A stretch of DNA of 53,949 nucleotides from the NCBI GenBank assembly GCA_964571055.1, contig CAZNAL010000001.1, forward strand, positions 33,649 through 87,597. The letters run 5' to 3'. The stretch comes from an uncultured Oscillospiraceae bacterium. GTDB taxonomy: Bacteria; Bacillota; Clostridia; Christensenellales; CAG-138. Under the pieces are notes generated by a model. That model was not told where the DNA came from and did no database searches. It worked only from the letters and a program-made list of their open reading frames with translations. The position numbers were made by a program, and so were the translations under genes. Shown here in pieces: positions 36,103-45,345 of this stretch; position 1 is the first letter of the stretch, and each line of letters begins with the position of its first letter.

Positions 36103-37345
36103 ATGCAATATGGGCGCTGCGGGCGATATGCTCATGGCGGCGCTTTTGGAGCTGCTGCCCGATAGACAAGCGTTTCTTGACAAGATGAACGCGCTGGGGC
36201 TTCCGGGTGTGCGCGTAACGCAGGAGCACGTAGAAAAGTGCGGTATTCTCGGTACGCATATTTCCGTGCTTGTGGACGGAGAGGAAGAGTCCTGCACAGC
36301 GCATGTGCATACCGATCACGGCGAAGCCGTGCATGCCCATGAAAGCCATACCCATGAAGGTCATACACACGAAGATCATACGCACGATGTGCATGCGCAC
36401 TTAGGTTTGCGGGACGCCGCGCATATGCTTTCGCATCTCAACCTGTCCGAGAAGGTACGTGCCGACGCCTTGGCTGTTTACGATTTGCTTGCGGAGGCGG
36501 AAAGCGCCGTGCATGGCAAGCCTGTGGAACAGATCCATTTTCACGAGCTGGGTACGCTGGACGCGATGGCGGACGTCGTGGGCGTTTGCGTTTTGATGGA
36601 TATGCTCTCTCCCGACGTTGTGCTGTGTTCGCCCGTGCATGTGGGCTTTGGCGAGGTGCATTGCGCGCACGGCGTGCTGCCCGTACCCGCCCCGGCCACC
36701 GCGCTGCTGCTGCGCGACGTGCCGATTTACGGCGGTACGGTGCGGGGCGAGCTTTGTACGCCGACGGGCGCGGCGCTGCTCAAGTATTTTACGAATGCCT
36801 TTGGCGATATGCCTGTCATGCGTGTAAAACGCATAGGCTACGGCATGGGTAAAAAGGATTTTGACACGGCGAACTGCCTTCGCGCGATGTGGGGAGAGAC
36901 AATGGCTTCCACCGACGCGGCGGTTGAGCTGTGCTGCAATTTGGACGACATGACCCCGGAGGCGCTGGGGTACGCGCAGGAACGCCTTTGGGAGGGCGGC
37001 GCGCTGGATGTGTATACGACGCCCATCGGCATGAAAAAGAACAGGCCCGGCGTGTTGTTGACCTGCCTTTGCCGCGAGGAGGAGCGCGAGGCGATGCTGC
37101 GGCTGTTGTTTCAACATACCACGACGCTGGGCGTGCGCGCGCGCGCCTGCGCGCGCTATACGCTGGAAAGGGAAACGCGCGCCATACAAACGAAATACGG
37201 CGCTGTGCGCGTCAAAAGGTCGAGCGGGTACGGCGTTTGCAGAGAAAAGCCGGAATATGAGGATATGGCACGCGCGGCGAAGGACACGGGAGAATCCTTC
37301 TTGGAGATTGAAAAACAGATAAGACGACAAATCAACGAGATTTAA
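36083..37345 (+). CDS. larC: LarC, nickel insertion (CTP-dependent cyclometallase) protein, single unfused ORF with a His-rich tract
   Basis: The N-terminus is MKLLYLECNMGAAGDMLMAALLEL. The His-rich tract is HVHTDHGEAVHAHESHTHEGHTHEDHTHDVHAH. It overlaps larB by 20 nt. Confidence 0.88.
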   Translation: MKLLYLECNMGAAGDMLMAALLELLPDRQAFLDKMNALGLPGVRVTQEHVEKCGILGTHISVLVDGEEESCTAHVHTDHGEAVHAHESHTHEGHTHEDHTHDVHAHLGLRDAAHMLSHLNLSEKVRADALAVYDLLAEAESAVHGKPVEQIHFHELGTLDAMADVVGVCVLMDMLSPDVVLCSPVHVGFGEVHCAHGVLPVPAPATALLLRDVPIYGGTVRGELCTPTGAALLKYFTNAFGDMPVMRVKRIGYGMGKKDFDTANCLRAMWGETMASTDAAVELCCNLDDMTPEALGYAQERLWEGGALDVYTTPIGMKKNRPGVLLTCLCREEEREAMLRLLFQHTTTLGVRARACARYTLERETRAIQTKYGAVRVKRSSGYGVCREKPEYEDMARAAKDTGESFLEIEKQIRRQINEI

Positions 37346-37370
37346 TTCTGAATAAAAAGCAGAAGCAAAG

Positions 37371-37394
37371 AAAGCGCCGCAAAAACGGCGCTTT
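37371..37394. terminator. Bidirectional terminator between convergent larC and putP
   Basis: aaagcgccg-caaaaa-cggcgcttt, a 9-bp stem with flanking A and T residues. Confidence 0.7.
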
Positions 37395-37420
37395 CAGCGT
37401 TGTGGAAGGAATGACGCGCG

Positions 37421-38980
37421 TTACGCGAGATCGCCGTCCTTGACGACGTCGAAATCGGCTTCGACCTCCTGAGAAGGCGGCGCGGTAAGAAGAGATACTA
37501 CCACGATGCACAGGCAGGAGAAGATGAACGCGGGCAGCAGCTCATAGATGTTGAACGCGCCGCCCAAGGGACGGATCACCAGCTTCCAGAAAAACACCAT
37601 CGAACCGCCGCCGAGCATACCGGCGATCGCGCCGGCGCGGCTGGTGCGCTTCCAGAACAGGGAGAAAAGCATGAGAGGTCCGAAGGTCGCACCAAAGCCC
37701 GCCCACGCAAAGGATACGATGGTAAAGATCACGCTGTCCTTATCCATGGCGATGAGCATTGCCAAAAGTGCGATCACGACCAACGTGATGCGGGAGATCG
37801 TCATGACCTGCTTATCTTCGGCGTCCTTTTTGAAAAGGCCCTGATAGATGTTCTTAGCGAAGGCGGAAGCCGCGATCAGCAAATAGGAGTCAGACGAGCT
37901 GATGGTGGCAGCCAGTATGCCCGCCATAACAAAGCCTGCCAACAGGGAGGGCAGAAGGCTGGTGGAGAGAAGGATAAATACGTTTTCCGCTTCGGAGGCC
38001 GTGGTAAGGGCGGTAGGATAAAGCGCGCGGCCTACGATGCCGATAAAGGTGGCAACGGCAAGGGAGATCACGACCCAAATCGTAGCGATGCGGCGGGAAC
38101 GGGTCAGTTCGCCCTCGGAACGGATGGCCATGAAGCGAAGCAGAACCTGCGGCATACCGAAGTAACCAAGACCCCACGCCAAGGTGGAGAGGATGGTCAA
38201 AAGTCCGTAGCTGCCCGCGGCGCCGAATTGCGGCTGGCCGTTTGCCACGGCTTGCACGCCGTTTTCCAGCGTGGGGCTTGCGATGCCAAAGAATTCAAAG
38301 AAACCGGGGATGCCTTTTGCGTTGTCCATAACGGCGGAAAGGCCGCCCGCAGCGCTTGTGCCGACGATGACGATTACGGAAAGCGCAATGATCATGACGA
38401 TCGCCTGCATGAAGTCCGAAGCGCTCTCAGCCAAGAAGCCGCCAAGCAGCGTGTAAATAAGAACGAATATGGTACCGACGATCATCATCGCAACATAGGG
38501 CGCGCCAAAGAGCGTGGAGAAGAGCTTGCCACAGGTGACGAGGCAGCTTGACGCGTACACGGTAAAGAAGATGAGAATGAAGCAGGCCGCGATGGTCATA
38601 ATGACCTTTTTGTCCTCATGAAAACGGTTGGAGAAGAACTCCGGCAGTGTGATCGCTTTGATGCGCACGCTGTAGCGGCGCAGACGCTTGGAAACGATCA
38701 GCCAATTCAAATAGGTGCCGACGGCAAGACCGATCGCCGTCCAAGCGGCGTCGGCTAAGCCGCACCAATAGGCTACGCCAGGCAGACCCATCAAAAGCCA
38801 GCCGCTCATGTCGGAGGCTTCCGCGCTCATCGCGGTGGTCCAAGGCCCAAGGCTGCGGCCGCCTAAAAAATAGTTTTCGGAACTTGCATTGGCGCGCCGC
38901 GAGAAAACGACGCCAATGACGATGACCGCGCTCATATAAATTACCATGGCGATCAAGATTTGAAGCGTGTTGGAATCCAT
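37421..38980 (-). CDS. putP: Sodium/proline symporter (SSS family)
   Basis: YFLGGRSLGPWTTAMSAEASDMSGWLLMGLPG is the PutP-type signature, and about 13 TM helices are present. The ATG at 38980 has GGAG upstream. Confidence 0.9.
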   Translation of the reverse strand: MDSNTLQILIAMVIYMSAVIVIGVVFSRRANASSENYFLGGRSLGPWTTAMSAEASDMSGWLLMGLPGVAYWCGLADAAWTAIGLAVGTYLNWLIVSKRLRRYSVRIKAITLPEFFSNRFHEDKKVIMTIAACFILIFFTVYASSCLVTCGKLFSTLFGAPYVAMMIVGTIFVLIYTLLGGFLAESASDFMQAIVMIIALSVIVIVGTSAAGGLSAVMDNAKGIPGFFEFFGIASPTLENGVQAVANGQPQFGAAGSYGLLTILSTLAWGLGYFGMPQVLLRFMAIRSEGELTRSRRIATIWVVISLAVATFIGIVGRALYPTALTTASEAENVFILLSTSLLPSLLAGFVMAGILAATISSSDSYLLIAASAFAKNIYQGLFKKDAEDKQVMTISRITLVVIALLAMLIAMDKDSVIFTIVSFAWAGFGATFGPLMLFSLFWKRTSRAGAIAGMLGGGSMVFFWKLVIRPLGGAFNIYELLPAFIFSCLCIVVVSLLTAPPSQEVEADFDVVKDGDLA

Positions 38981-39195
38981 AGTGTTACTCCATTTCCATA
39001 AAAATACATGAAAAATACTCATAATTAATATGAGGATATTTAATTTTTCATGCGTGTGTATTATAATAGATTATGTTGTATATTACAAGATAAATCTTAT
39101 AGGATTTGCTCGATTGTACGGCACGACGGTTTGCATTATAATACGGATAAGCGAACGCGCTGATTTTCACGCGTTGCTGCATGGAGGAGAGAATT

Positions 39196-40095
39196 ATGCG
39201 CGTATCCAAATACGCTTTGTTTGTTAAGGTTGTGGAATACGGGAGCCTGACGCGCGCGGCGCAAGCCATGGGCTGTACACAATCGGGCGTTAGCCATGCT
39301 ATCAGCGCTTTGGAAGAAGAGCTTGGTTTTGTTTTGCTGGAAAGAAGTCGCAAACGCGTGGCGCTCACGCCGGAGGGGAAGCAGGTGTACCCTGCGATCT
39401 GCCGCATTCAGGAGGGCTTGGACGAGCTGTATCAGCAGGCTGAAACGATTCGTAACCCCAAGCGCGGGCTGGTGCGCGTGGGGGCGTTTACAAGCGTCGC
39501 CGTGCATTGGCTGCCGGGTATGATCAAGGAGTTTGAAAAGGAATATCCTAACGTCCAGTTCGGTTTGATGAACGGCGATTATCATGACGTTACCGAAGCG
39601 TTTTTGCAGGAAAGGATCGATCTAGGGTTTGTGGCGCTTCCTTCGGATCTTCCAAATTGCAGGTTTCGGCCGTTGGTGGAGGATCGGCTGCTTGCGGTGC
39701 TGCCAAAGAATCATCCGTTGGCGCATGTTGCGCGCTTTCCGATGCAGCAGATTTCCAAAGAACCCTTTATTAGCCTCTTGGAGGCCAGCGACCACGACGC
39801 CCGCTATGCTTTGGAGCTTGCGGGCGTACAGGCGAATATCAAATTTACGACCAAGGATGATTACGCGATCATCGCCATGGTGGAACAGGGCTTGGGCATC
39901 AGCATCATGCCTGAATTGCTGTTGCAGGGGCATACGGAAAAGGTCTGCGTGATGCCGCTTGAAAACGGCGCCGCTCGCACCATCGGCCTTGCGATTTCCA
40001 ACGCGAGCAGGCACAATCCCTTTGTGGATTGCTTCGCTAAGCATATCCAAAGCTGGCTTGTAGCGCGCTATGGAAAAGAAGCTGTGCTGGAATAG
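39196..40095 (+). CDS. LysR family transcriptional regulator
   Basis: The HTH is FVKVVEYGSLTRAAQAMGCTQSGVSHAISALEEELG. The ATG at 39196 has GGAGGAG upstream. It is divergent from putP across an AT-rich 215-nt region. Confidence 0.9.
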   Translation: MRVSKYALFVKVVEYGSLTRAAQAMGCTQSGVSHAISALEEELGFVLLERSRKRVALTPEGKQVYPAICRIQEGLDELYQQAETIRNPKRGLVRVGAFTSVAVHWLPGMIKEFEKEYPNVQFGLMNGDYHDVTEAFLQERIDLGFVALPSDLPNCRFRPLVEDRLLAVLPKNHPLAHVARFPMQQISKEPFISLLEASDHDARYALELAGVQANIKFTTKDDYAIIAMVEQGLGISIMPELLLQGHTEKVCVMPLENGAARTIGLAISNASRHNPFVDCFAKHIQSWLVARYGKEAVLE

Positions 40096-40119
40096 CCGTA
40101 CGCGTCTGTTTTCTGCGGA

Positions 40120-41733
40120 TTATCCTTGTGTTGTCGGGTTTATCCAGTCGATGGCCATCATGGTGATGTCGTCCGCCTGCTCCGCGCCGTTTGCATAGCT
40201 TCGGATGCTTTCCCGCACCGTCGTTAGCAAGGCGTGTATATCCTGTTCCCGCGCGAGGGTATCGTTGAGCGTTTGCTGCAAGCGCGGGTCGGAATAAAGC
40301 TCCATGGCGGGATTGAGCGCCTCCGTCACGCCATCCGTGTAAAGATACAGCCTGTCTGTGGGCGCAAGCTGCCGCTCATAGTTCCTGTAGCGCACATTCT
40401 CCATGCCGGCAAGCACGAAGTTGGGCTTTTCATCAAACCACCGATACGCGCCCTCGTGCAGCAGAAGCGGCTGGTTGTGACCGGCGTTTGCAAAGGTCAG
40501 CTTACCGCTGGATAACTCGATCATGCCCATAAACACCGTCACGAACATGCCCGCGTCGTTGTTTTCACAGAGCTGCTTGTTGACGCTTGTCAATACCTCC
40601 GCCGGGGTTTTCCCCTGCAGGGCGTAGTTTTTGATCAAGGTTTTCGCGATCACCATAAACAGCGCCGCCGGTACGCCCTTGCCGGAAACGTCCGCAATGA
40701 CAAAGACGAGATGCGTGCCGTTTACGACAAAGAAATCATAGAAATCGCCGCCGACCTCCTTGGCGGGTTCCATGGTGGCGAAGATCTTGAATTCGTCCCG
40801 CTTGGGAACAAAGGTGAAGATGCTGGGCAGCATGCTGGCCTGGATTTGCTTGGCGACGCTAAGCTCCGCGGCGATACGCTCCTTTTCGGCTGTGACAAGG
40901 CGTATGTTTTGAATATACTGCTTGATGTCCTCGGTCATTTGGTTGAAGGCGTCCGCCATGAGCTCGATCTCGTCGCCCGTATGGATATCGCTGCGGCGAA
41001 TTTCCAGTTCCGCCGCGTTTTTATCAAAGGAAGCCATATCAGCCGACAGAAGCTTGATCGGCTGCACCATGCGCCGGTCGATGATGAGGAGGAAGAAGGC
41101 GAGGAAAAGAAGGATCACAATGGCGGTAGCGCCCGCCACCTGCGCCGTTTGGAGGCGTATGCCGGCTATGACCTTGTTCATATCGATGTCCACGCCCACG
41201 ACGGCGTGCGCTTTTCCCTGCGCGTCCAGTACGGGCACATAGGCGGAGAGCAGATAACCGAAATCGCCGTTTGTGATCTCGGTGGCGGCAGCCGGAACGC
41301 CGGTGCGCAGCACCTCCTGCGTGGTCGCTAGCACCTCGTCCACGCCCATGCTGTCGCCGAGGTTGTAGGTCATATCCGCCTCTTCCGCGGAGGGCATGAT
41401 ATCGAATACGTTCACGGCGTCAGGCGACGTGAGAGAAGGAACAAAAACATACAGGAAGCGAAGGTCAAGCGTCTTTCGGATCCTCGCAAGCTGCGCTTCG
41501 GTTTGGTAGTAGGAATCGTCCTTGCCGTTTTCAAGATAGCGGGAGATGGAGAGCGGTTCGACCTCCATAGCCGCAAGCTCCGCCGCGTTTCTTGCCGAAA
41601 CGCCGTACTGTTCAAGATTTTCCTGATAGGTTAGATAATAGGTCAGGCACCCCGCGCACGCGGAAAGAAGCACGGCAAGCGCAAGAAAAGCGAGTATCAG
41701 TTTATTTCGTATGTTAAGCCCGCGTGTTTTCAT
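40120..41733 (-). CDS. Membrane sensor protein phosphatase: TM, Cache-like extracytoplasmic domain, TM, HAMP, PP2C/SpoIIE domain
   Basis: The sensor block is GDFGYLLSAYVPVLDAQGKAHAVVGVDID and the HAMP region is RRMVQPIKLLSADMASF. PP2C motifs are GGDFYDFF, VIADVSGKG and TDGVTEA. The ATG at 41733 overlaps the upstream GNAT stop by 20 nt. The 73-aa ORF-track extension is rejected. Confidence 0.88.
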   Translation of the reverse strand: MKTRGLNIRNKLILAFLALAVLLSACAGCLTYYLTYQENLEQYGVSARNAAELAAMEVEPLSISRYLENGKDDSYYQTEAQLARIRKTLDLRFLYVFVPSLTSPDAVNVFDIMPSAEEADMTYNLGDSMGVDEVLATTQEVLRTGVPAAATEITNGDFGYLLSAYVPVLDAQGKAHAVVGVDIDMNKVIAGIRLQTAQVAGATAIVILLFLAFFLLIIDRRMVQPIKLLSADMASFDKNAAELEIRRSDIHTGDEIELMADAFNQMTEDIKQYIQNIRLVTAEKERIAAELSVAKQIQASMLPSIFTFVPKRDEFKIFATMEPAKEVGGDFYDFFVVNGTHLVFVIADVSGKGVPAALFMVIAKTLIKNYALQGKTPAEVLTSVNKQLCENNDAGMFVTVFMGMIELSSGKLTFANAGHNQPLLLHEGAYRWFDEKPNFVLAGMENVRYRNYERQLAPTDRLYLYTDGVTEALNPAMELYSDPRLQQTLNDTLAREQDIHALLTTVRESIRSYANGAEQADDITMMAIDWINPTTQG

Positions 41734-42316
41734 CGTTCCCGTCCTTTCCCAAATCGCATAGATAGAGGTGTGCGGAGCAAACGCATTTTCCCTTGCAGAT
41801 CGGGCAGTAATAGCCGAAATGATCGAAATCATAATAGAAATTCTTGTATTCGCCCAGATCGATAAAACGGTCATAGAAGTACGGCGTGCGCCTTGCGGGC
41901 GTTCGCCCGTCGGGGTGTACCCATAGCTCATGCAGGGCGAAGCTGCCGCCAAGCGCGCGTATTTTTTCCTTGGCGATATCGACCATGGCGTCGTCCATGC
42001 CCTGCCTGCGGTATTCCGGCAGCACCAAAAGCGCGTCGCCCGTGTAGATCAATGCGTCGCCCGCGGCAAGCTGTATTTTTTTGCATATGTCTTCATGTCC
42101 GCCGGAAAGAAAGACGCCCTTAATATAGATGGCGACGCCGGCGATCTCGCCGTCGATCACGCATTTCAACGCTACGGAGGCGGGGTCGCGCAGTGCTTTT
42201 TCAAAGTGTGGCCGTATACCCTCGCCATAATTGAGATAGATGTCGTGAAGGCGCACAAGCTCATCCAAATCGTTCATGTCCATGGGAAGTATCTTGTCGT
42301 AAAAATCAGCTTTCAT
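41714..42316 (-). CDS. GNAT family N-acetyltransferase with a C-terminal Cys-rich (CPICKGKCVC) tail
   Basis: The acetyl-CoA binding block is LLVLPEYRRQGMDDAMVDIAKEKIRALGG. The ATG at 42316 overlaps the stop of the upstream gene by 11 nt. Confidence 0.7.
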   Translation of the reverse strand: MKADFYDKILPMDMNDLDELVRLHDIYLNYGEGIRPHFEKALRDPASVALKCVIDGEIAGVAIYIKGVFLSGGHEDICKKIQLAAGDALIYTGDALLVLPEYRRQGMDDAMVDIAKEKIRALGGSFALHELWVHPDGRTPARRTPYFYDRFIDLGEYKNFYYDFDHFGYYCPICKGKCVCSAHLYLCDLGKDGNDENTRA

Positions 42317-45272
42317 TCGCAGCGTCCTTTCTGTTTTCCGCTCGTTCCGCCGCCGTTTCTTTTCCGGTAAGCAGCGCAAACAAGCCTAAGAGCAAGCCGC
42401 AGAGCAGAGCGACCATACCCATGGCCCTTCCGTATCCCCAATGCAGGATGACGCCAAGAAGGATAGGACCGCAGGCTTGCCCGAAGTTATCCGTCAGGCT
42501 GTACATACCCATGGCGAGGCCTGTGCCGATCCCCGCACGGTGCGCAGCTTGTGAAATATAAACGCCCTGCGCCGTCATGCCGAAGCTGGCGGCAAGACCC
42601 AATAGGCAGATCGAAAGCACGGCTGTGAGGTAGCTTTCCCGCAGCGTAAACAAAAGCAGCGCAAAAACGGTCAGAAGGCTGGAAAGCATCATCGCGCCGC
42701 GAACGCCGAAGCGGCGGAATACGCGCTGCGGCAATATGCCGCCAAGGAATATCGCGATCACGCCGCCAAGCAGCAGTATGTTGCCGATGTCCGATTCATC
42801 ATGTCCCATAGCCGCACCGTAGAGCGGGAAAACGTAATCCTTGAAATAGAGCATCACCATAAAGGGGATCAGGATCAACGCGAAGAAACCAAAGATAGAC
42901 GGCTTCTTCAACGCGGACGCAACATCGCGAAGTTTCTGCGGCGCATCCTCTTGCGGCGCGATGGGCCGCCAACTCTTTTCGATATAGGTAAGCGTGGCGG
43001 CGAGGCAGAGGAGCATCAATGCGGCGGCGCAGGTATAGCCTGCGGCATAGCCAAGATATTGCGCGGCGTAACCGCCAAGCGACGCGCCCAGCACAACGCC
43101 CGCCATGCTCCCTATGTTGAGGCCGGCAAAGAGAGATTCCTGTTCGCTTTCCTCCGCCGCGCAGGACGGCAGCGCGTTGCAGCCAACGAGCATGAAGCCC
43201 GTCCCAAAGCCGCCCAAAAGCTTTGCGGCTGAAAAGAGCGGGAAGCTTTGCGCGCTTACGGCCAATACGGATAGCGCGCCTCCCAGCACACGGATCAGAG
43301 CGCCAATGGTCATCACCCTTTTGATGCCCTTGCGATCCAGCAGCGCGCCGCCCGCTACGGCGGCTATGGCGATAGCAAGAAGCTGCACGCTCATAGGGAG
43401 CGCCGCCGCGATATTCTCATCCATCCGCATGCCGGAAGCGAGGAAAAGGCGGGAGGAAAGCTGTGGAACGAAGGAGGCGTCCATATTATCCCCAAGAAAA
43501 ACGAGGAACATGATGCAGCGCAGGAAACCGAACGCGGCGCTGCTTTCCTGCCGTGCAGCGTAGTCTGCGCGCAGCGAAAGATTGCGTTTATAATCCGCCG
43601 CCTCGTTTAATAGAAGCAGCATCATGATCACGGCGGCGAGCGTGGCGGCGATGACGTTGCCGATCATTTTTCTTTCTGACAGGAGCTCACTATGGCGGTT
43701 TGCGCCGATCTCCAGCAAGCCCGCCATTTCCCCAGCGCTGTTATAAACGGGGGCGACCACATAGGTCCAGGTGCCGAAGGCGTCCGCTTCGCTCTCCACC
43801 AGCATCGCGTCGCCCGTTTCGGCTACGGCATCATACCCGGAATCCTTGTACGGCATATAGGGGTAGACGACGCCATTGGTATTCTCGTAATCCATAACGC
43901 CCCAGATCGTGTTTTGCGCGGCGTCGAACTTCAGCAGAATATAATACATGTTGATCCCGTTGCGATAACCCTGCTCACAGAAGGCGTCCAAATATGCGCG
44001 CACCTCTCTGTAATCCGCATTGTCATAATCGCTGAGAGCGTTTAAGCGGGCGAAGGGATCGCCGAACGTTTCGCCGGACGTTTCGGAAAGAAAAGACGCG
44101 GAACGGCGCAGATCGCCGCTTGTCGATGCGCGAAGCTTGTTTTGATAGAAAGAGATCATGTACGCGCCAATGAGCGCCGCCGTAAGAAGGATAGCAACGC
44201 CAATGGCCAGCGCGCCGCCGGAAGAAGGACTTTTTCGATCTTGGTATACCAAGCGCAAGCAATGATACAGCAGCCATAGTCCCGCGGCGATAAGACAAGC
44301 GGCGCAAATCCAAACGAGCAGGACGCGCACATAGTACTGCGGTGCAAGCTGCATGCGCGTATCCGCATAGAGCGGCGCCCCGTCGCGCGCCGTTATATAG
44401 ACAGATTCGTTATCGGTAAAGGACAGCTTGCCGCCGGAGGTCGAAATGAAATGGACATTACCGGAAAAGACGGTTTCCGCTTTCACGTCTTCAAGCATCA
44501 CAACGCGCTCGTGCAGAAGGTCGCATACAAACACGCCGCCGTTATCGACGGCTACGCCGGTAAGCACGTTGACGCCGTCGCCGTAAGCAAGACGCGCCTG
44601 TTCGCCGTCGCAATTATAAAACAAGCCGCTTTGCATCGTGGTGAAGGCGACGCCGCCACTTGCCGGGTCGTAGGACGCGTAAGCGACGACCTCGCCTTGC
44701 GCGTCGATGGCGCGGACGCTGTGTACGCCGCCATCGCTTGCATAAAGCGTAAGGCTTGTCATGGATTCACGGCGCAAAAAATACACCGTGCCATCCTTGG
44801 CGCTAAGACCTCTGATCGTGCCAAGCTGCAAGGGCATGGAGCCTTCCGGATAGGATACGTCCCAAATCGTTTCAAGATATTTGCCGGTCATGGAAAAACG
44901 CAAAACGCGTTCTCGCGCTACGCGCGAGCTGTTGTCGCGGTGCGTTACATCCGCGATGTAAACGCTTTCGCCGTCGGTTGCCGCATATTCGGCATAATAA
45001 AAGCTTTCCTCGGCTATATCGCCGCCATAGATCGACGCGGCGACGCGTTGCTGCGCGTCCGAAATCCGCACGCGTGTCTTGCTTTTGTCCACGACAACAA
45101 CATGTCCGTCTATCGAGGAAGCGGCATACGAGGGGGCTTCCCACTTACTATGGAGGGAAAAGGGATTTTCACGCAAAAAAGCGGCGTTAAACAGAACGAT
45201 CAATAAAGCGGCGATCAATAAAACCGCCCGCAAACACCCAAATATTTGGTTTCGCGTTCGCGTTGTTACCAT
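42306..45272 (-). CDS. 988-aa fusion protein: TM, NHL-like beta-propeller region, 2 TM, Cache-like sensor, 12-TM MFS transporter core
   Basis: NHL-like repeats include SVYIADVTHRD and GGVFVCDLLHERVVMLED. The Cache-like block is GTWTYVVAPVYNSAGEMAGLLEIG. The C-terminal ~430 aa is polytopic with MFS-like loops (LLDRKGIKR, PQRVFRRFGVRG). GGAG lies 4 nt upstream of ATG 45272. Confidence 0.85.
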   Translation of the reverse strand: MVTTRTRNQIFGCLRAVLLIAALLIVLFNAAFLRENPFSLHSKWEAPSYAASSIDGHVVVVDKSKTRVRISDAQQRVAASIYGGDIAEESFYYAEYAATDGESVYIADVTHRDNSSRVARERVLRFSMTGKYLETIWDVSYPEGSMPLQLGTIRGLSAKDGTVYFLRRESMTSLTLYASDGGVHSVRAIDAQGEVVAYASYDPASGGVAFTTMQSGLFYNCDGEQARLAYGDGVNVLTGVAVDNGGVFVCDLLHERVVMLEDVKAETVFSGNVHFISTSGGKLSFTDNESVYITARDGAPLYADTRMQLAPQYYVRVLLVWICAACLIAAGLWLLYHCLRLVYQDRKSPSSGGALAIGVAILLTAALIGAYMISFYQNKLRASTSGDLRRSASFLSETSGETFGDPFARLNALSDYDNADYREVRAYLDAFCEQGYRNGINMYYILLKFDAAQNTIWGVMDYENTNGVVYPYMPYKDSGYDAVAETGDAMLVESEADAFGTWTYVVAPVYNSAGEMAGLLEIGANRHSELLSERKMIGNVIAATLAAVIMMLLLLNEAADYKRNLSLRADYAARQESSAAFGFLRCIMFLVFLGDNMDASFVPQLSSRLFLASGMRMDENIAAALPMSVQLLAIAIAAVAGGALLDRKGIKRVMTIGALIRVLGGALSVLAVSAQSFPLFSAAKLLGGFGTGFMLVGCNALPSCAAEESEQESLFAGLNIGSMAGVVLGASLGGYAAQYLGYAAGYTCAAALMLLCLAATLTYIEKSWRPIAPQEDAPQKLRDVASALKKPSIFGFFALILIPFMVMLYFKDYVFPLYGAAMGHDESDIGNILLLGGVIAIFLGGILPQRVFRRFGVRGAMMLSSLLTVFALLLFTLRESYLTAVLSICLLGLAASFGMTAQGVYISQAAHRAGIGTGLAMGMYSLTDNFGQACGPILLGVILHWGYGRAMGMVALLCGLLLGLFALLTGKETAAERAENRKDAANES

Positions 45273-45300
45273 ATAACTCCATACATGTCAATCTTCCCGT

Positions 45301-45330
45301 ATTATACAACAGAATATATGGATGTGCCAA
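45301..45330 (-). promoter_or_regulatory. Sigma-A promoter for the sensor-MFS / GNAT / PP2C operon
   Basis: On the minus strand: TTGGCA (45330-45325), an 18-nt spacer and TATAAT (45306-45301), about 28 nt upstream of the ATG. Confidence 0.55.
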
Positions 45331-45345
45331 TGCTTATTCGGAAGA

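Noticed and set aside
36299-36401. A His-codon-rich, quasi-repetitive DNA tract (CAT/CAC-GAx repeats) that could be taken for a microsatellite or contingency locus.
   Set aside because: It encodes the histidine-rich nickel-binding region expected in LarC. It is in frame and imperfectly repetitive.
38981-39195. An AT-rich 215-nt divergent putP/lysR region with several short palindromes (for example AAGATaaATCTT). I considered a LysR T-N11-A box or a foreign insertion.
   Set aside because: AT-richness is normal for divergent promoter regions. The palindromes are short and ambiguous, so no specific site can be supported from the sequence alone.
41734-41952. The 73-aa N-terminal extension of the phosphatase ORF (610 aa in the track), and similar extensions for the tatA at 26891-27292, tex, putP, thrS and others.
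   Set aside because: The extensions overlap upstream genes or leaders and lack an SD. The conserved N-termini begin at internal ATGs, and an SD precedes them for thrS, putP, the second tatA and, more weakly, the phosphatase. The tex internal start has no clear SD and rests on the conserved N-terminus alone.
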